Numbered from the stretch's first letter, positions 10,339 to 24,085 are shown. The stretch: DNA of 64,000 bases from Eledone cirrhosa (GCA_964016885.1 OZ024742.1:341372001-341436000); one strand, 5' to 3'. The notes: generated by a model not told the origin, from the letters alone. A program made the numbers and translations.

Positions 10339-10532
10339 GAAGGAAGTGAGGTAAGGAACCAGGTGGACCATAACGCACCAGAGTACTCGATACTTTGGGT
10401 AGTAGAGTGGGTAATAAGAAAAGAGTCAGAACCGCGACGGCAAACATCAAGCCGTTTCGACGGCTATTTCTGGACAGAAATAGCAGTCGATACGCCTTGA
10501 GCTCTGCCGTCGGGGTCCTGACTTTTTTCCTA
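10111..10532. mobile_element. Two diverged, oppositely oriented fold-back elements around a (TA)n tract
   Basis: Near-perfect hairpins at 10109-10227 and ~10417-10532; tails 10228-10305 and 10336-10416 are mutually inverted; homologous to 2407-2555. Confidence 0.8.
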
Positions 10533-10590
10533 TATATAGATAGATAGATTTGAGTGTGCACGCTATTGTGTGTGTGTATTTGTGCGTGTG

Positions 10591-10663
<73 letters not shown>

Positions 10664-10887
10664 GCGTGCGTGTGTATAAGTATGTTTGTATGTATGTATA
10701 TATATATATATCTGTGTGTATATATGTATGGATGGATGTATGGATGTTTAGTAGAAAAGAGATTAACCCTTGATATAATAAAATATATTTTAAAATGATA
10801 ATAATCAATTATCTAGTGGTCGTTATTCTTTAATGATCAAATGTTTTACAAATCCTTAACGAATAAGTGTGTGTGTTTGTATTATAA

Positions 10888-10945
<58 letters not shown>

Positions 10946-10955
<10 letters not shown>

Positions 10956-13900
10956 GATCGAGTATCGAAAAATCGGCGCACGAGTTCACGATAAACGAAA
11001 TTCGATATGAGCGGCAGAGGGCTCAATAATTCAGATGAATCAGAGCTATAACTATCGTTAAAATACCGTCACATATAGAACAAGTCTACAATCAACCATA
11101 CGATTTAAAATCGATAAAGGAAGATTCGGGCCAAACAGATAAAAAATATCAATAAAACAATACGTCAATAATTTAAATGAATGTAAAATCATACCCGGAC
11201 CCACTAGAAAGGTGTTAAATCTAGCTTCATGGGTTTCTGTAAATCCTTAGACTGTACTCTATCAGCTCACATATAAATATAAAAGCCTACTAGAATAAGT
11301 GGAACGGAGTTTACGTTGTCAACGAGTTTTTTCCTGGCGGCAGAGGAGTCAACTAGCGGTGAAAAACGCACATGGCATTAGACAAGGGAGATGACCCCTA
11401 TATCCGCGAAAACAATTCGAGTGAATGTGGAAATACACATATCGAATTAGAGTGCTCAATAGACATGTTAAAATAAAACAAAAGCTATTCATCACTCAAT
11501 AGAATCGACAAAAAATGAGCAATAAAATTAACTGGTGGATAGCTATGTCCAGAGCTAAATATATTAGAAAGATCGAGTATCGAAAAATCGGCGCACGAGT
11601 TCACGATAAACGAAATTCGATATGAGCGGCAGAGGGCTCAATAATTCAGATGAATCAGAGCTATAACTATCGTTAAAATACCGTCACATATAGAACAAGT
11701 CTACAATCAACCATACGATTTAAAATCGATAAAGGAAGATTCGGGCCAAACAGATAAAAAATATCAATAAAACAATACGTCAATAATTTAAATGAATGTA
11801 AAATCATACCCGGACCCACTAGAAAGGTGTTAAATCTAGCTTCATGGGTTTCTGTAAATCCTTAGACTGTACTCTATCAGCTCACATATAAATATAAAAG
11901 CCTACTAGAATAAGTGGAACGGAGTTTACGTTGTCAACGAGTTTTTTCCTGGCGGCAGAGGAGTCAACTAGCGGTGAAAAACGCACATGGCATTAGACAA
12001 GGGAGATGACCCCTATATCCGCGAAAACAATTCGAGTGAATGTGGAAATACACATATCGAATTAGAGTGCTCAATAGACATGTTAAAATAAAACAAAAGC
12101 TATTCATCACTCAATAGAATCGACAAAAAATGAGCAATAAAATTAACTGGTGGATAGCTATGTCCAGAGCTAAATATATTAGAAAGATCGAGTATCGAAA
12201 AATCGGCGCACGAGTTCACGATAAACGAAATTCGATATGAGCGGCAGAGGGCTCAATAATTCAGATGAATCAGAGCTATAACTATCGTTAAAATACCGTC
12301 ACATATAGAACAAGTCTACAATCAACCATACGATTTAAAATCGATAAAGGAAGATTCGGGCCAAACAGATAAAAAATATCAATAAAACAATACGTCAATA
12401 ATTTAAATGAATGTAAAATCATACCCGGACCCACTAGAAAGGTGTTAAATCTAGCTTCATGGGTTTCTGTAAATCCTTAGACTGTACTCTATCAGCTCAC
12501 ATATAAATATAAAAGCCTACTAGAATAAGTGGAACGGAGTTTACGTTGTCAACGAGTTTTTTCCTGGCGGCAGAGGAGTCAACTAGCGGTGAAAAACGCA
12601 CATGGCATTAGACAAGGGAGATGACCCCTATATCCGCGAAAACAATTCGAGTGAATGTGGAAATACACATATCGAATTAGAGTGCTCAATAGACATGTTA
12701 AAATAAAACAAAAGCTATTCATCACTCAATAGAATCGACAAAAAATGAGCAATAAAATTAACTGGTGGATAGCTATGTCCAGAGCTAAATATATTAGAAA
12801 GATCGAGTATCGAAAAATCGGCGCACGAGTTCACGATAAACGAAATTCGATATGAGCGGCAGAGGGCTCAATAATTCAGATGAATCAGAGCTATAACTAT
12901 CGTTAAAATACCGTCACATATAGAACAAGTCTACAATCAACCATACGATTTAAAATCGATAAAGGAAGATTCGGGCCAAACAGATAAAAAATATCAATAA
13001 AACAATACGTCAATAATTTAAATGAATGTAAAATCATACCCGGACCCACTAGAAAGGTGTTAAATCTAGCTTCATGGGTTTCTGTAAATCCTTAGACTGT
13101 ACTCTATCAGCTCACATATAAATATAAAAGCCTACTAGAATAAGTGGAACGGAGTTTACGTTGTCAACGAGTTTTTTCCTGGCGGCAGAGGAGTCAACTA
13201 GCGGTGAAAAACGCACATGGCATTAGACAAGGGAGATGACCCCTATATCCGCGAAAACAATTCGAGTGAATGTGGAAATACACATATCGAATTAGAGTGC
13301 TCAATAGACATGTTAAAATAAAACAAAAGCTATTCATCACTCAATAGAATCGACAAAAAATGAGCAATAAAATTAACTGGTGGATAGCTATGTCCAGAGC
13401 TAAATATATTAGAAAGATCGAGTATCGAAAAATCGGCGCACGAGTTCACGATAAACGAAATTCGATATGAGCGGCAGAGGGCTCAATAATTCAGATGAAT
13501 CAGAGCTATAACTATCGTTAAAATACCGTCACATATAGAACAAGTCTACAATCAACCATACGATTTAAAATCGATAAAGGAAGATTCGGGCCAAACAGAT
13601 AAAAAATATCAATAAAACAATACGTCAATAATTTAAATGAATGTAAAATCATACCCGGACCCACTAGAAAGGTGTTAAATCTAGCTTCATGGGTTTCTGT
13701 AAATCCTTAGACTGTACTCTATCAGCTCACATATAAATATAAAAGCCTACTAGAATAAGTGGAACGGAGTTTACGTTGTCAACGAGTTTTTTCCTGGCGG
13801 CAGAGGAGTCAACTAGCGGTGAAAAACGCACATGGCATTAGACAAGGGAGATGACCCCTATATCCGCGAAAACAATTCGAGTGAATGTGGAAATACACAT

Positions 13901-15112
13901 ATCGAATTAGAGTGCTCAATAGACATGTTAAAATAAAACAAAAGCTATTCATCACTCAATAGAATCGACAAAAAATGAGCAATAAAATTAACTGGTGGAT
14001 AGCTATGTCCAGAGCTAAATATATTAGAAAGATCGAGTATCGAAAAATCGGCGCACGAGTTCACGATAAACGAAATTCGATATGAGCGGCAGAGGGCTCA
14101 ATAATTCAGATGAATCAGAGCTATAACTATCGTTAAAATACCGTCACATATAGAACAAGTCTACAATCAACCATACGATTTAAAATCGATAAAGGAAGAT
14201 TCGGGCCAAACAGATAAAAAATATCAATAAAACAATACGTCAATAATTTAAATGAATGTAAAATCATACCCGGACCCACTAGAAAGGTGTTAAATCTAGC
14301 TTCATGGGTTTCTGTAAATCCTTAGACTGTACTCTATCAGCTCACATATAAATATAAAAGCCTACTAGAATAAGTGGAACGGAGTTTACGTTGTCAACGA
14401 GTTTTTTCCTGGCGGCAGAGGAGTCAACTAGCGGTGAAAAACGCACATGGCATTAGACAAGGGAGATGACCCCTATATCCGCGAAAACAATTCGAGTGAA
14501 TGTGGAAATACACATATCGAATTAGAGTGCTCAATAGACATGTTAAAATAAAACAAAAGCTATTCATCACTCAATAGAATCGACAAAAAATGAGCAATAA
14601 AATTAACTGGTGGATAGCTATGTCCAGAGCTAAATATATTAGAAAGATCGAGTATCGAAAAATCGGCGCACGAGTTCACGATAAACGAAATTCGATATGA
14701 GCGGCAGAGGGCTCAATAATTCAGATGAATCAGAGCTATAACTATCGTTAAAATACCGTCACATATAGAACAAGTCTACAATCAACCATACGATTTAAAA
14801 TCGATAAAGGAAGATTCGGGCCAAACAGATAAAAAATATCAATAAAACAATACGTCAATAATTTAAATGAATGTAAAATCATACCCGGACCCACTAGAAA
14901 GGTGTTAAATCTAGCTTCATGGGTTTCTGTAAATCCTTAGACTGTACTCTATCAGCTCACATATAAATATAAAAGCCTACTAGAATAAGTGGAACGGAGT
15001 TTACGTTGTCAACGAGTTTTTTCCTGGCGGCAGAGGAGTCAACTAGCGGTGAAAAACGCACATGGCATTAGACAAGGGAGATGACCCCTATATCCGCGAA
15101 AACAATTCGAGT
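10946..15112 (+). repeat. 615-bp tandem array, ~6.8 copies, apparently identical
   Basis: agaaagatcgag at 10951, 11566, 12181, 12796, 13411, 14026 and 14641. The last copy is truncated at (TA)n. Confidence 0.97.
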
Positions 15113-15128
15113 ATATATATATATATAT

Positions 15129-15422
15129 AAAGAAAAAGGGATGAAATCGAAAATGCAACTGAAGTCTTATTTTTTTTTAAATATATATATTTTTATTTGG
15201 TTCCTTTACCGGTTTCGCAGTTCTTCTGCTTTTCAAAAGGTGAGTTGAGATGGAGGGTCTGTGGTTTTTCTGCGAAACCGGTAAAGGAACCAAATAAAAA
15301 AATATATATATTTTTTAAAAAAATAAGACTTCAGTTGCATTTTCGATTTCATCCCTTTTTCTTTATACTTCCACTCGTGTAGGACACCTCGGTTATTTTT
15401 CATTTTGTAAAAAAAACCTCAC

Positions 15423-15430
<8 letters not shown>
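15129..15430. mobile_element. Fold-back derivative of the Neptune-type PLE terminus (26411-26620)
   Basis: Inverted arms 15129-15220 / 15270-15364 plus a tail; near-identical to 26411-26616; (TA)n flanks. Confidence 0.85.
15203..15240 (-). ncRNA. Minimal type I hammerhead with U3:A8 variant core
   Basis: cctt-TTGAAAA-gcag-aagaa-ctgc-GAAA-CCGG-TA-aagg. Confidence 0.8.
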
Positions 15431-15460
<30 letters not shown>

Positions 15461-15462
<2 letters not shown>

Positions 15463-16064
15463 CAAAGCATAAAGGAATTGAGAGAGAGACTGAGCATAAG
15501 AGGAATCAAATGCTGCGTGCAGGAGAGGCGGTTACGCTGGTATGGACATGTGATGCGTATGAAGGATGACAGCTGCATAAAAAGGTGCAGAGCACTAGAA
15601 GTTGATGGAAACCGCGGAGTGGGGAGACCCAAGATGACTTGGGATGAGGTGATAAAAGCCGACCTTACCCAACTACACCTCTCAAAGTCAATGACACACG
15701 ACCGTGACTCCTGGCGTCACGCAGTAATACAGGGTACCCGACCTCCCATGGGTACATGCTGAAGCATATAAACAATATGCGCCCCCCCCCCCCCACCGCA
15801 AGGTGGTCGTGGAGGTGCCACGGCAAAAAAGCACCCAGCCCACACTGTAAAGTGGACGTGTAGGCGCCACGAAAAAGCACCCAGCACTCACTGTAAATGA
15901 GGTTGGTGTTAGGAAGGGCATCCAGCTGTAGAAATCAAGCCAGATCAGTTCCTGTATGAGCAAGGCATGGTCAGCCGACCAGACACTGCCCACAACAGGA
16001 CAACCCGTCTAACCCATGCTAGCGTGGAAGAACGGACGTAAAACGGTGATGATGATGATGATGA
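15461..16064 (+). mobile_element. 5'-truncated RTE-clade LINE (ORF C-terminus, 3' UTR, (GAT)n tail)
   Basis: RRLRWYGHVMRM...GNRGVGRPKMTWDEVIKADL...DRDSWR in ORF 15478-15762; (gat)n tail at ~16048-16064. Confidence 0.92.
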
Positions 16065-16160
16065 TATGCATTTATAATACACACACACACACTTATTCGT
16101 TAAGGATTTGTAAAACATTTGTAAAACATTTGTAAAACATATATATATATATGTATATAT

Positions 16161-19100
16161 GTAAAAGTTCTATTTAAATTGTTGGGATACAACAAGTACA
16201 TAATGTTATAACTGATATAAAGCACTCGACAAGTATTTGGAGTAGATATACGATATTAACAAATGGAAACTATATTTATAAAACCATATTTATTTCATTA
16301 TACATATTTCAAGGATACCAAGTTAAATTATGGTATGCCTTCATCAGACAAAATACAATATATACCAGTTTTATAAATAAACATTGACGTACCCTTTCAA
16401 AATGCGACCGTTACTTTTGGAAGACATTACTTTTGGAAGACAAATGCATTAAATTATTGTAGCGTATTGAGGCTCAGTGTTATTTAATCCATATTTATAG
16501 AATAGGTTCTTTCTGCTGCGAGAATTTACTGTGGTTTATTACCCGGAAGTAGGTGTGTAATTAAAGGGAGTTAATGCGTAAGGGGAGGTTACTAGCTGAT
16601 TCTCATAACTAAATTCATTGTTCTAACATACATTATATGGTGCCTCAATTGAGTCCCTTATATAAATGATTATATATTTATATCTAATTTTCAATTTTAA
16701 ATACAGTCTACTCTATCATAATGTATTAAAGGTATCTATAGGAAGTTGATTACTCTTTATTATATAGTGCTATAATTGAATTTCCGATACAAAGTGCCAT
16801 ATCTTTATATCAAAGTTCACTGTAAATACAGTCTACTCTCATAACATATCAGAGGACCTATTAGAATTTTGTCTACATAACCCCTGGTAAGTTATGGAGC
16901 AGCGTATGGCTGTTTGCATGACAAAACCAAATACATCTCTTGGGTAAACAAATACATCCCTCATTTACAATGTCATTAATATATCCATCAAGTTATACAT
17001 GCATATATAATTCATATACAATTCATTGCACCACCCTACATATAAGTTAGACAGATCCCTTATGTTAATAAATTAATCCTATATATATCTAATGTTATTA
17101 CTCCATACATTTAATTACAATTGCATATATAATTCACTGCCGTATCTAATATTTAAAGTTTAGATAGACTGTATTATATTTCTATTCCTATATAATTATA
17201 AGTAATTGAAAGTAATTATATCAAAAGTTGGTGTTTATGGGGATATTTCTAGGGCATAAAGTTATAGATAGATAGAATGATTTGTGTCGAGGGAAGGTTG
17301 GATCAGAGAGTGTGGTGTAGTGGTGTAAGGCATCCCTTGAGGTGTGGTGTTAGAAGTGGTGATGGGTTCAAGTCTGACATTGTTATATATTGGGTTTAAA
17401 GTTTTGGAAGGAGTGCCGGAAGCGGTGCTAGCACGACGCAAACACTTCCGATTTTTTATTAAGGAGGTTAACGTTCGAAAAGATTATAGCGTGGGTCTCT
17501 AGTAGACAGAGGTTACAGAATTTATTAGGTGGTCTGAACGATGCCGCTTTACCTATCACTTCCCATTGAAGTGTATATGATCTATTTCTAGTTTTCAGAT
17601 AGTGTATGTAGCTAGATAGTGAAGTAGAGTTGGCTAGACTGTGTTTTTTGAAAGAATTGAGATGTGAATTGTATCTGGTTTTGAAGCAGTTCGAAGTAGA
17701 GCCTATATAGGTTTCAGAAAGGTTGCTAGTTCTGACCGTGCATGAGTAGATGATGTCCTTGATTAAGCAGTTTTTACCTAAAGGGCAGGTTCTATTAGAT
17801 CTACAGTTACAATTATTTTGGATGTTAACCTGTCGGTTATTATGTTGTGTAGACGTCTGGTTGCTAGGTATTGCATTATGGCTATGGGGGTTGTCGCTCC
17901 CAATGTTATTGATTTCATTAGTGTTATTACTATTATTACTATTGATATCAGGGTTTGCAGATATTACGTTGTTTTTAATGTTTACCCCCTGCTGTGTTTT
18001 AGTTTGTTGAAAGTAAGTATTAATCTTTCTTTTATTGCTACTAGCTATGTTAGGCGTGGTAGAGTAGGAGATTTTAATGGTGTTTTTATTTATAAGACTA
18101 TGGTACTTGTGGCCAAATGGGAAGTTTTTATCCAGGAGTGAGTAGAAAGCCTGAGGTAGGTTGGTAGAGACGTTTAGATTGAAAGGGGGGTTGAAAATGT
18201 ATTAGTTCTTCTTCTATTTTTGTTTTTTATATCTGTTGAGGTGTTTCCGTTTATGGTATTGTGGTGTCTTTCGTGTGAGTTACGTTTGTTGCTACTCTTC
18301 GTATTAGTGTGTGTGTGGTTATTACTCTTATTACTATTTTTCTTCATGGACATATTGTGAGAAATAATGTTGTAACTATGTGTTTTTATAGGTAGGAACT
18401 CGATCTCATTATTATGGCCTGATCTAGCTAATGCCTGACTATAGTATTGTGAGTTTTTGCTAAATATGATTTCGTCATAAGATAGATTAGAGATTCTATT
18501 GGATATTCCTTTAGAGATAGAGTTTAATATTGATCTAGGGTGGTTAGACCTGGTATCTACGTAAATTAGTTTTTCTTTAGGTTTATGGAATGGTGTATAT
18601 ATTTTAGAGTCTGGGTAAAGGGTGGCATCAAGGAAGTTAACGTCTATGGTGATACTTAGGTTATAGTTTTTGAAAGTCTTATGCAATAGTTTCCTAGTTC
18701 TTTCTATATTAAATTTTTTATAGTCTATAAGGAGTAGTGCATCATCGCGGTACAAACCACCGTTGAGGTATGGTAGTTCCTTATGGATTTCGTTTAGTAG
18801 GTATAGGCCCACCAAACCAGTGACCTGCGCCGAGTCACTAGATCCCATGGTTATGTCAAAATTGTTATGCGTATCCTTGCGGGTCCATAACTGATCTTCA
18901 AAAGTGATTACGGTTTTACGGGCCGCAAGTATAACATCAATCTGGGGTCTAGTCAGGTCACTATTGTACATGGCCATAATTAGTGATTTATTTAATAGGA
19001 TAGGGGAAATAGAGGTGTAGTATGAATTGATATCAAACTGAATAATTTTTTTTATTTTTGTTCTTCTTTGATATCCTTAAACCATTCAATAACTTCATCC

Positions 19101-19387
19101 GTATTTCCCCACTGTTTAAGGTCTATTTTGTGTTTAATCTGTGGGATGATTTTATCTAAAAAATGTTTACTGACAATGTCAGACTTGGAAGGGCAGATTA
19201 GTCTAATCGAAGGGTTACTAATGAAATCCTCCTTATGGTCCTTCAGAGAGAATCTAAGGGAGGTCGGGGTGTATGGTTGTGTATGTCTCTGAAGTCCCAG
19301 TTTGGACACTATATTACGGCCTTCCAAATTAATATCTTCTAGGTTGTAAGTGAATAAATGCTTTGAACATAGCTTTGATTCTTGTGA

Positions 19388-19391
<4 letters not shown>
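16161..19391 (-). mobile_element. Penelope-like element, Nematis-type, 5'-truncated and frameshifted (RT plus C-terminal GIY-YIG)
   Basis: RT motifs LKDHKEDF...IRLICPSKSD, FDITMGSSDSAQV, GLYRDDALL, VNFLDATL, SNHP (18174-19327). Endonuclease CNCRSNRTCPLGKNCL...IIYSC...TYIGST...CNLCLLE...LNKKSE at ~17410-17820. Confidence 0.92.
16290..16355 (-). ncRNA. Hammerhead motif in the 3' terminus of the Nematis-type PLE (partly decayed)
   Basis: tattttgt-CTGATGA-aggcatacca...tggtatcctt-GAAA-TATG-TA-taatgaaata; long stem II, imperfect stem I. Confidence 0.6.
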
Positions 19392-19477
<86 letters not shown>

Positions 19478-19479
<2 letters not shown>

Positions 19480-19798
19480 GAGAAAACGATGAAATCGAAA
19501 ATGCAACTGGAGTCTTTTTAAGAATATTTATTTGGTTCCTTTACCGGTTTCGCAGTTCTTATGCTTTTCAAAAGTAAAATTGAGATGGAGGGTTTGTGGC
19601 TTTTCTCCACAAACCCCTCCCCCCCCATCTCAATTCTACTTTTGAAAAGCATAAGAACTGCGAAACCGGTAAAGGAACCAAATAAATATTCTTAAAAAGA
19701 CTCATTTTCGGTTTCATCTTTTTTCCTTGTACTTTCACTTGTGTAGTACATCTCGTTTTTTTTTTCATTTTTGAAAAAGAAAAACTTCATTTTCTAAT
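19478..19798. mobile_element. Fold-back derivative of the Neptune-type terminus with an HHR on both arms
   Basis: Arms centred at ~19603. HHR on minus at 19538-19575 and on plus at 19638-19675 (actt-TTGAAAA-gcataagaactgc-GAAA-CCGG-TA-aagg). Confidence 0.85.
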
Positions 19799-19811
19799 AT
19801 ATATATATATA

Positions 19812-22365
19812 TAATAGTAATAAACGAAAGATATATACTTTAAATCATCTCTATTTATTTTATTATATATATTTCGAAGATGCAAAGTTTTATGTATAAC
19901 ATAAATCAAAACATGTCCTCTTCAAACAAAATACATATGAGATGTATAATTGTTTCATGATATGCTGGTAGCTGAACGAGCTGGACAGTTCGGTGACCAG
20001 CAAGCATATGACTAGAAAAAGAAAACTCAAAACATAGGAGGCTACGTGACTGGTAGAATACATTACAGTTGGTTTAAAGGTTTAATAAATTATTTTAAAT
20101 ATCCTGTAATTAGATTGGTCAAAACACAAAACAAAAATTGACCGTTATTCAGTCTATATGCTGCTTATAATCAATTAAGAATAAGTATTAAATCAAAAGT
20201 ATATATTATATCAAAGGAAAAAATGGAAAAATATTCTAGGAAAATAAAAGTAGTATTATGAAAATATAATAATAAACGGAAAAGAATTTGTATTACAAAA
20301 TTTGTAGGTAAGTTATCTTTGTTTATGTATAATTTGATATTGAAATTATATGAGTAGATAAGTATTTAATAATTGATATGGTTCTTTTTTAAAAATGATA
20401 TAGTTGAGTAGGTTATAATGTTATGTGATAAATTATTTACTTTAAAAGAAGGGAGCTTATTATCTATGTCAAATTTATCAATACAACAATCTTATTAAGT
20501 AGTTAATATATGTATAGGAGAGACTATTAAAACTTTGTGTAACTATTTAGAAAGAAAAAATGTATGTATTATAGCCAAATTTATTAATTTCTATTAATCT
20601 AATTTATTTAGATACAACCTAAAGTTAAAGTAGATAAAAAATTGTAACGGAGGAAAATTATAACGGAGAAAAAATAACGGAGGAAAAAATTAGTTAACTT
20701 GTTTTGTCGTATAATCTAGATTTTTAAAATAAAGATTTAAAAACTCATTTAAAAATTATATATAAAGGAGTAATACCTATCTTATTATTGTTTATATAAA
20801 GCTTAATTAAAAACTCTAAACGTATTCGAGAATAGGTGGAGGTAAGAATTAAAACTATATATAAAGAAATATTCACTATTATTTTAAAACTTAATTAAAA
20901 CTCTATAAAACGTTTTCGAGAAACGACGGAAGGACGAGCTGAAGATCTCAGATTTTTTATTAATAATTATTTTTCTATTCTTAAGAATATAAAGAATTTC
21001 AGTGGTACATAAGTTACACCTCTTATAAATGAAAGAATGTTTATAAGGTAAAGCATTAGAAAGTTGTGCCAAAAAAGAGAATATTCTATATTATTATTTT
21101 TAAGCGACCAAATTAATTCAGATAAAGCAGTACTAAATCTCTTGTCTTCTCTTTTGAACGTGTGGCGGTGATTATATCACCTTTCTTTAAATTTAGAGGA
21201 AGTAGCACTAATATAATTATAAGACTAATCTTTGGTTTTTAACAATTCATTTATAAACTAAATTACGGTCAAGACAGTTATTACTTAATGGGGAAGAATA
21301 ATTATTTTTACAATTACAATTGCCTCCGCTGTTATTTAATGATGCCACTCATAGTTCGTAAGGTTTTCATCATTTATGTTATTGATATATTTGTTGTTAA
21401 CTGAGGAGTTATTTACTCTATTAGTGATTCTCTGATTATCGTTAGGGGTTAATTCCCTATGAATAGTTCCGATATTTCTATAATTAATTTTAGCTATATT
21501 TTGAGCAATATCCATAGTGGTTGAGTATGAGAGTTTAATTGTATATCTATAAAAAGTTCTACTATATTTATGCGTTTGGAGGAAGCATTTATCAAGAGCA
21601 TTGGAGAAGAGGTTAGCTAAGTTTTTCTTGATTCCTAGTGATAGTGGTGGCGAATACTATAAAATAGAAGGGGAACAGATTCTTTTACAAGGCTTATTGG
21701 TTTTATAGGAGTTATATCGATTATATGATTGATTTTGTGTAGTTCTATGGCTTATGTTACGGATATTAGCATTATTATAATTGTTATAAGATGTATCTGT
21801 ATTAGTATTGATATCAAATGAATGTCGATTTATATACGGGTGTTGGCGTGTAAACATTTTTATCTATGCATTCAATTTAATCAGAGTAACCTGGTCTATT
21901 TAACGCATCGTTATAGTATTTAGCCTTATTGTCAAAAATGTCCTTATTGGCTGAGAGTTTAGAGATTCTTTGCTGAACCCTGTTAACTATAGTCCTTTTT
22001 AACATTTCTCGGGTGGTTTGAATGGAAGCTAACATAATTAAGGTTTTCATTTAATTTATGGAATGGGTAGTAAAGGCCAGAATTAAGGTTTAATGTTATA
22101 TCTAGGAAATTAACAATTCTATTATTATTTTCAATTTCAAATTTTAGCCCGTAATTGTTTAAAAAGTCAGTTATAATTGTCTTCTTTATATTAAGGGCAC
22201 CATTATTATGGTTAATTACTACAAAAATAGCATCCTCGCGGCATAAATCTCCGCCAAGCACAGGTAATCTTCTGTGAATTAAATTAAGAATGAAAATTCA
22301 AACGAGGTCAGTGACCTGAGCCGAGTCTGTAGATCCCATAGTAATGTCGAAATTTCCAGGTCTAT
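19812..22365 (-). mobile_element. Second Nematis-type Penelope-like element, heavily decayed
   Basis: FDITMGSTDSAQVTDLV (~22300-22355), degenerate LCREDA, VNFLDITLNL, SNHP (21983-22261), CNLCTTEILYIL...INKKSE (20884-21072). HHR relic TTGAAGA...GAAATATATA at ~19863-19932. Confidence 0.85.
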
Positions 22366-22373
22366 CAGCTCTC

Positions 22374-22428
<55 letters not shown>

Positions 22429-22430
<2 letters not shown>

Positions 22431-23290
22431 GCGTTTCTGTAAGGCTTTTGGTCTAACAAAACAATCAGCATCAAGAAGACTGAGGTGGTACATCAACCAA
22501 AGCCATCCCCCAGGCATACAGGAGGTGTTAAACAGGTGCGGCAAGATCAAAGGCATCCTCTTGCATCCATCATTATTGATGACAAACATCTAAAATATGT
22601 GAGTTCCTTTACTTACCTTGGCAGCAAAGTGAACCACTCTGTATCCTTCATGATGAGATTGTTAATTGCATCTCCAAGGCAACTGATGCTTTTGGCGAAC
22701 TACATCACTGCCTATGGAGTGTCAGAGGTATATACCTGAAAATAAAAGTTGCAGTTTATCGTGCAGTGATCCTGACAACACTCTTATATGGCTCAGATAC
22801 ATGGACATTTTACTGCACTCCCATTCATAAGCTTGATGTCTTCAGCAAGCGCTCTCTTCGCTCTGTCTGTGGATATGCACTTTCTGACAGTCTCCAATGT
22901 CGAGTTGTTCACAGGGTGCAACATTGATGGGATTGAGTCATTTCTGTTGCAATCGCAACTCAGATGGGCTGGTCATTTCCTACGGATGTCTGAGGACCAC
23001 AAATCTAAGGTAATGTTGTACAGTCAGCTCCAGGATGGTATGTATAGTGTGGGCAGGTCACTACTCCGATATAAGGACAAACTGAAGTACAATCTTAAGT
23101 CTGTCAACGTAACTTTCTTCGTTTGAAGCCATGACTGCTAAGCGTAAAAGATGGAGAACTGTCTGCCATGAAAGTGTAAAGAACTTTGAGAAATATCGTT
23201 TAGCCCACATCTGTGATATAAAATCTAACACCAAAGTTCGGTCAGGCATTCCTATCTGTTCCATTCGAGACTCTGTAACCTCCATTCATT
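22429..23290 (+). mobile_element. Decayed RTE/BovB-like LINE fragment
   Basis: Across frameshifts: VSSFTYLGS, KIKVAVYRAVILTTLLYGSDTWT, QLRWAGHFLRM...LYSQL...GRSLLRYKDKLK. Confidence 0.85.
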
Positions 23291-23299
23291 GCGTCACCG

Positions 23300-24085
23300 T
23301 GTGAAATAATATCCGGCGTGTATATAATTGCTGCCTCAACTCTCTGCAGCCATTGTATGTTTTTTCACGTGCTTTTGTTAATAGCTCCTCAATTTTAGTC
23401 CATCAAGCGATGGGTACAGAGTTGCAAGCCAACATCAAGTTTCTGATCCGGCTCGAGAAAACTCTATCAGAATCACTCGAAACATTTCAGGCAGTGAGAT
23501 GAGACGATGTTTCGGTCACGGGTTTTCGATTGACACAAAAGTTTCAAAGAGGAACGCGAGGACGTGGAAGACGACACCAGGAGCGGAAGGCCTCCAACAA
23601 GAACGCCGGAGGCCAACGTTGAGCGCGCGAGACTGGTGGTGCGTGGTTATCATCGGCTGACTCATCGCATGTTGTCTGGACATTAACGGTGACAGCATTT
23701 CGAAGATTATCACCGAAGATTTGGGCATGCCTAAGATCTACGTGAAGATGGAGCCGAAGCTGCTGAGCGATGATTAGAAGGAGCCGCTTACAGATGAGGA
23801 TGTCCTCGAGTGTCTTGAAATCGAACCCAATTTACCCCAGGCTCAAGCGAGCCATCAAGAGGACCCTTTTTACGGACGTGGAAGCCATTAAGATGACCAT
23901 GACAATGAAGCTGTGGAGAATCCCTCCAAGAGTGCAGGGAGGTGTGGTGGAGAAGGATGGGAAAATACGGTAGACACGAGGAAGATTATTTCGAAGGAAA
24001 AAACACAAGTTTGTAGTTTGGATTTAAAATATTATTTTGCGGCCCTAGCTCTGTTTTTTTTTTTGGGGGGGGGGCACACTTCATA
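23300..24085 (+). mobile_element. Internally deleted, decayed mariner transposon
   Basis: ELQANIKFL..., EREDVEDDTRSGRP..., IITEDLGMPKIYVKMEPKLL (WVPxxL-like), joined to the C-terminal PRLKRAIKRTLFTDVEAIK...DYFEG. The catalytic core is missing. Confidence 0.8.

Noticed and set aside
10946-15112. Hammerhead or RNA gene in the 615-bp unit
   Set aside because: Only partial look-alikes (CAGATGA; minus GTGATGA...TAACATGTC) without GAAA or pairing stems; no 5S, tRNA or snRNA sequence recognised.
17750-18141. Plus-strand hydrophobic ORFs
   Set aside because: Antisense shadows of the PLE coding strand.
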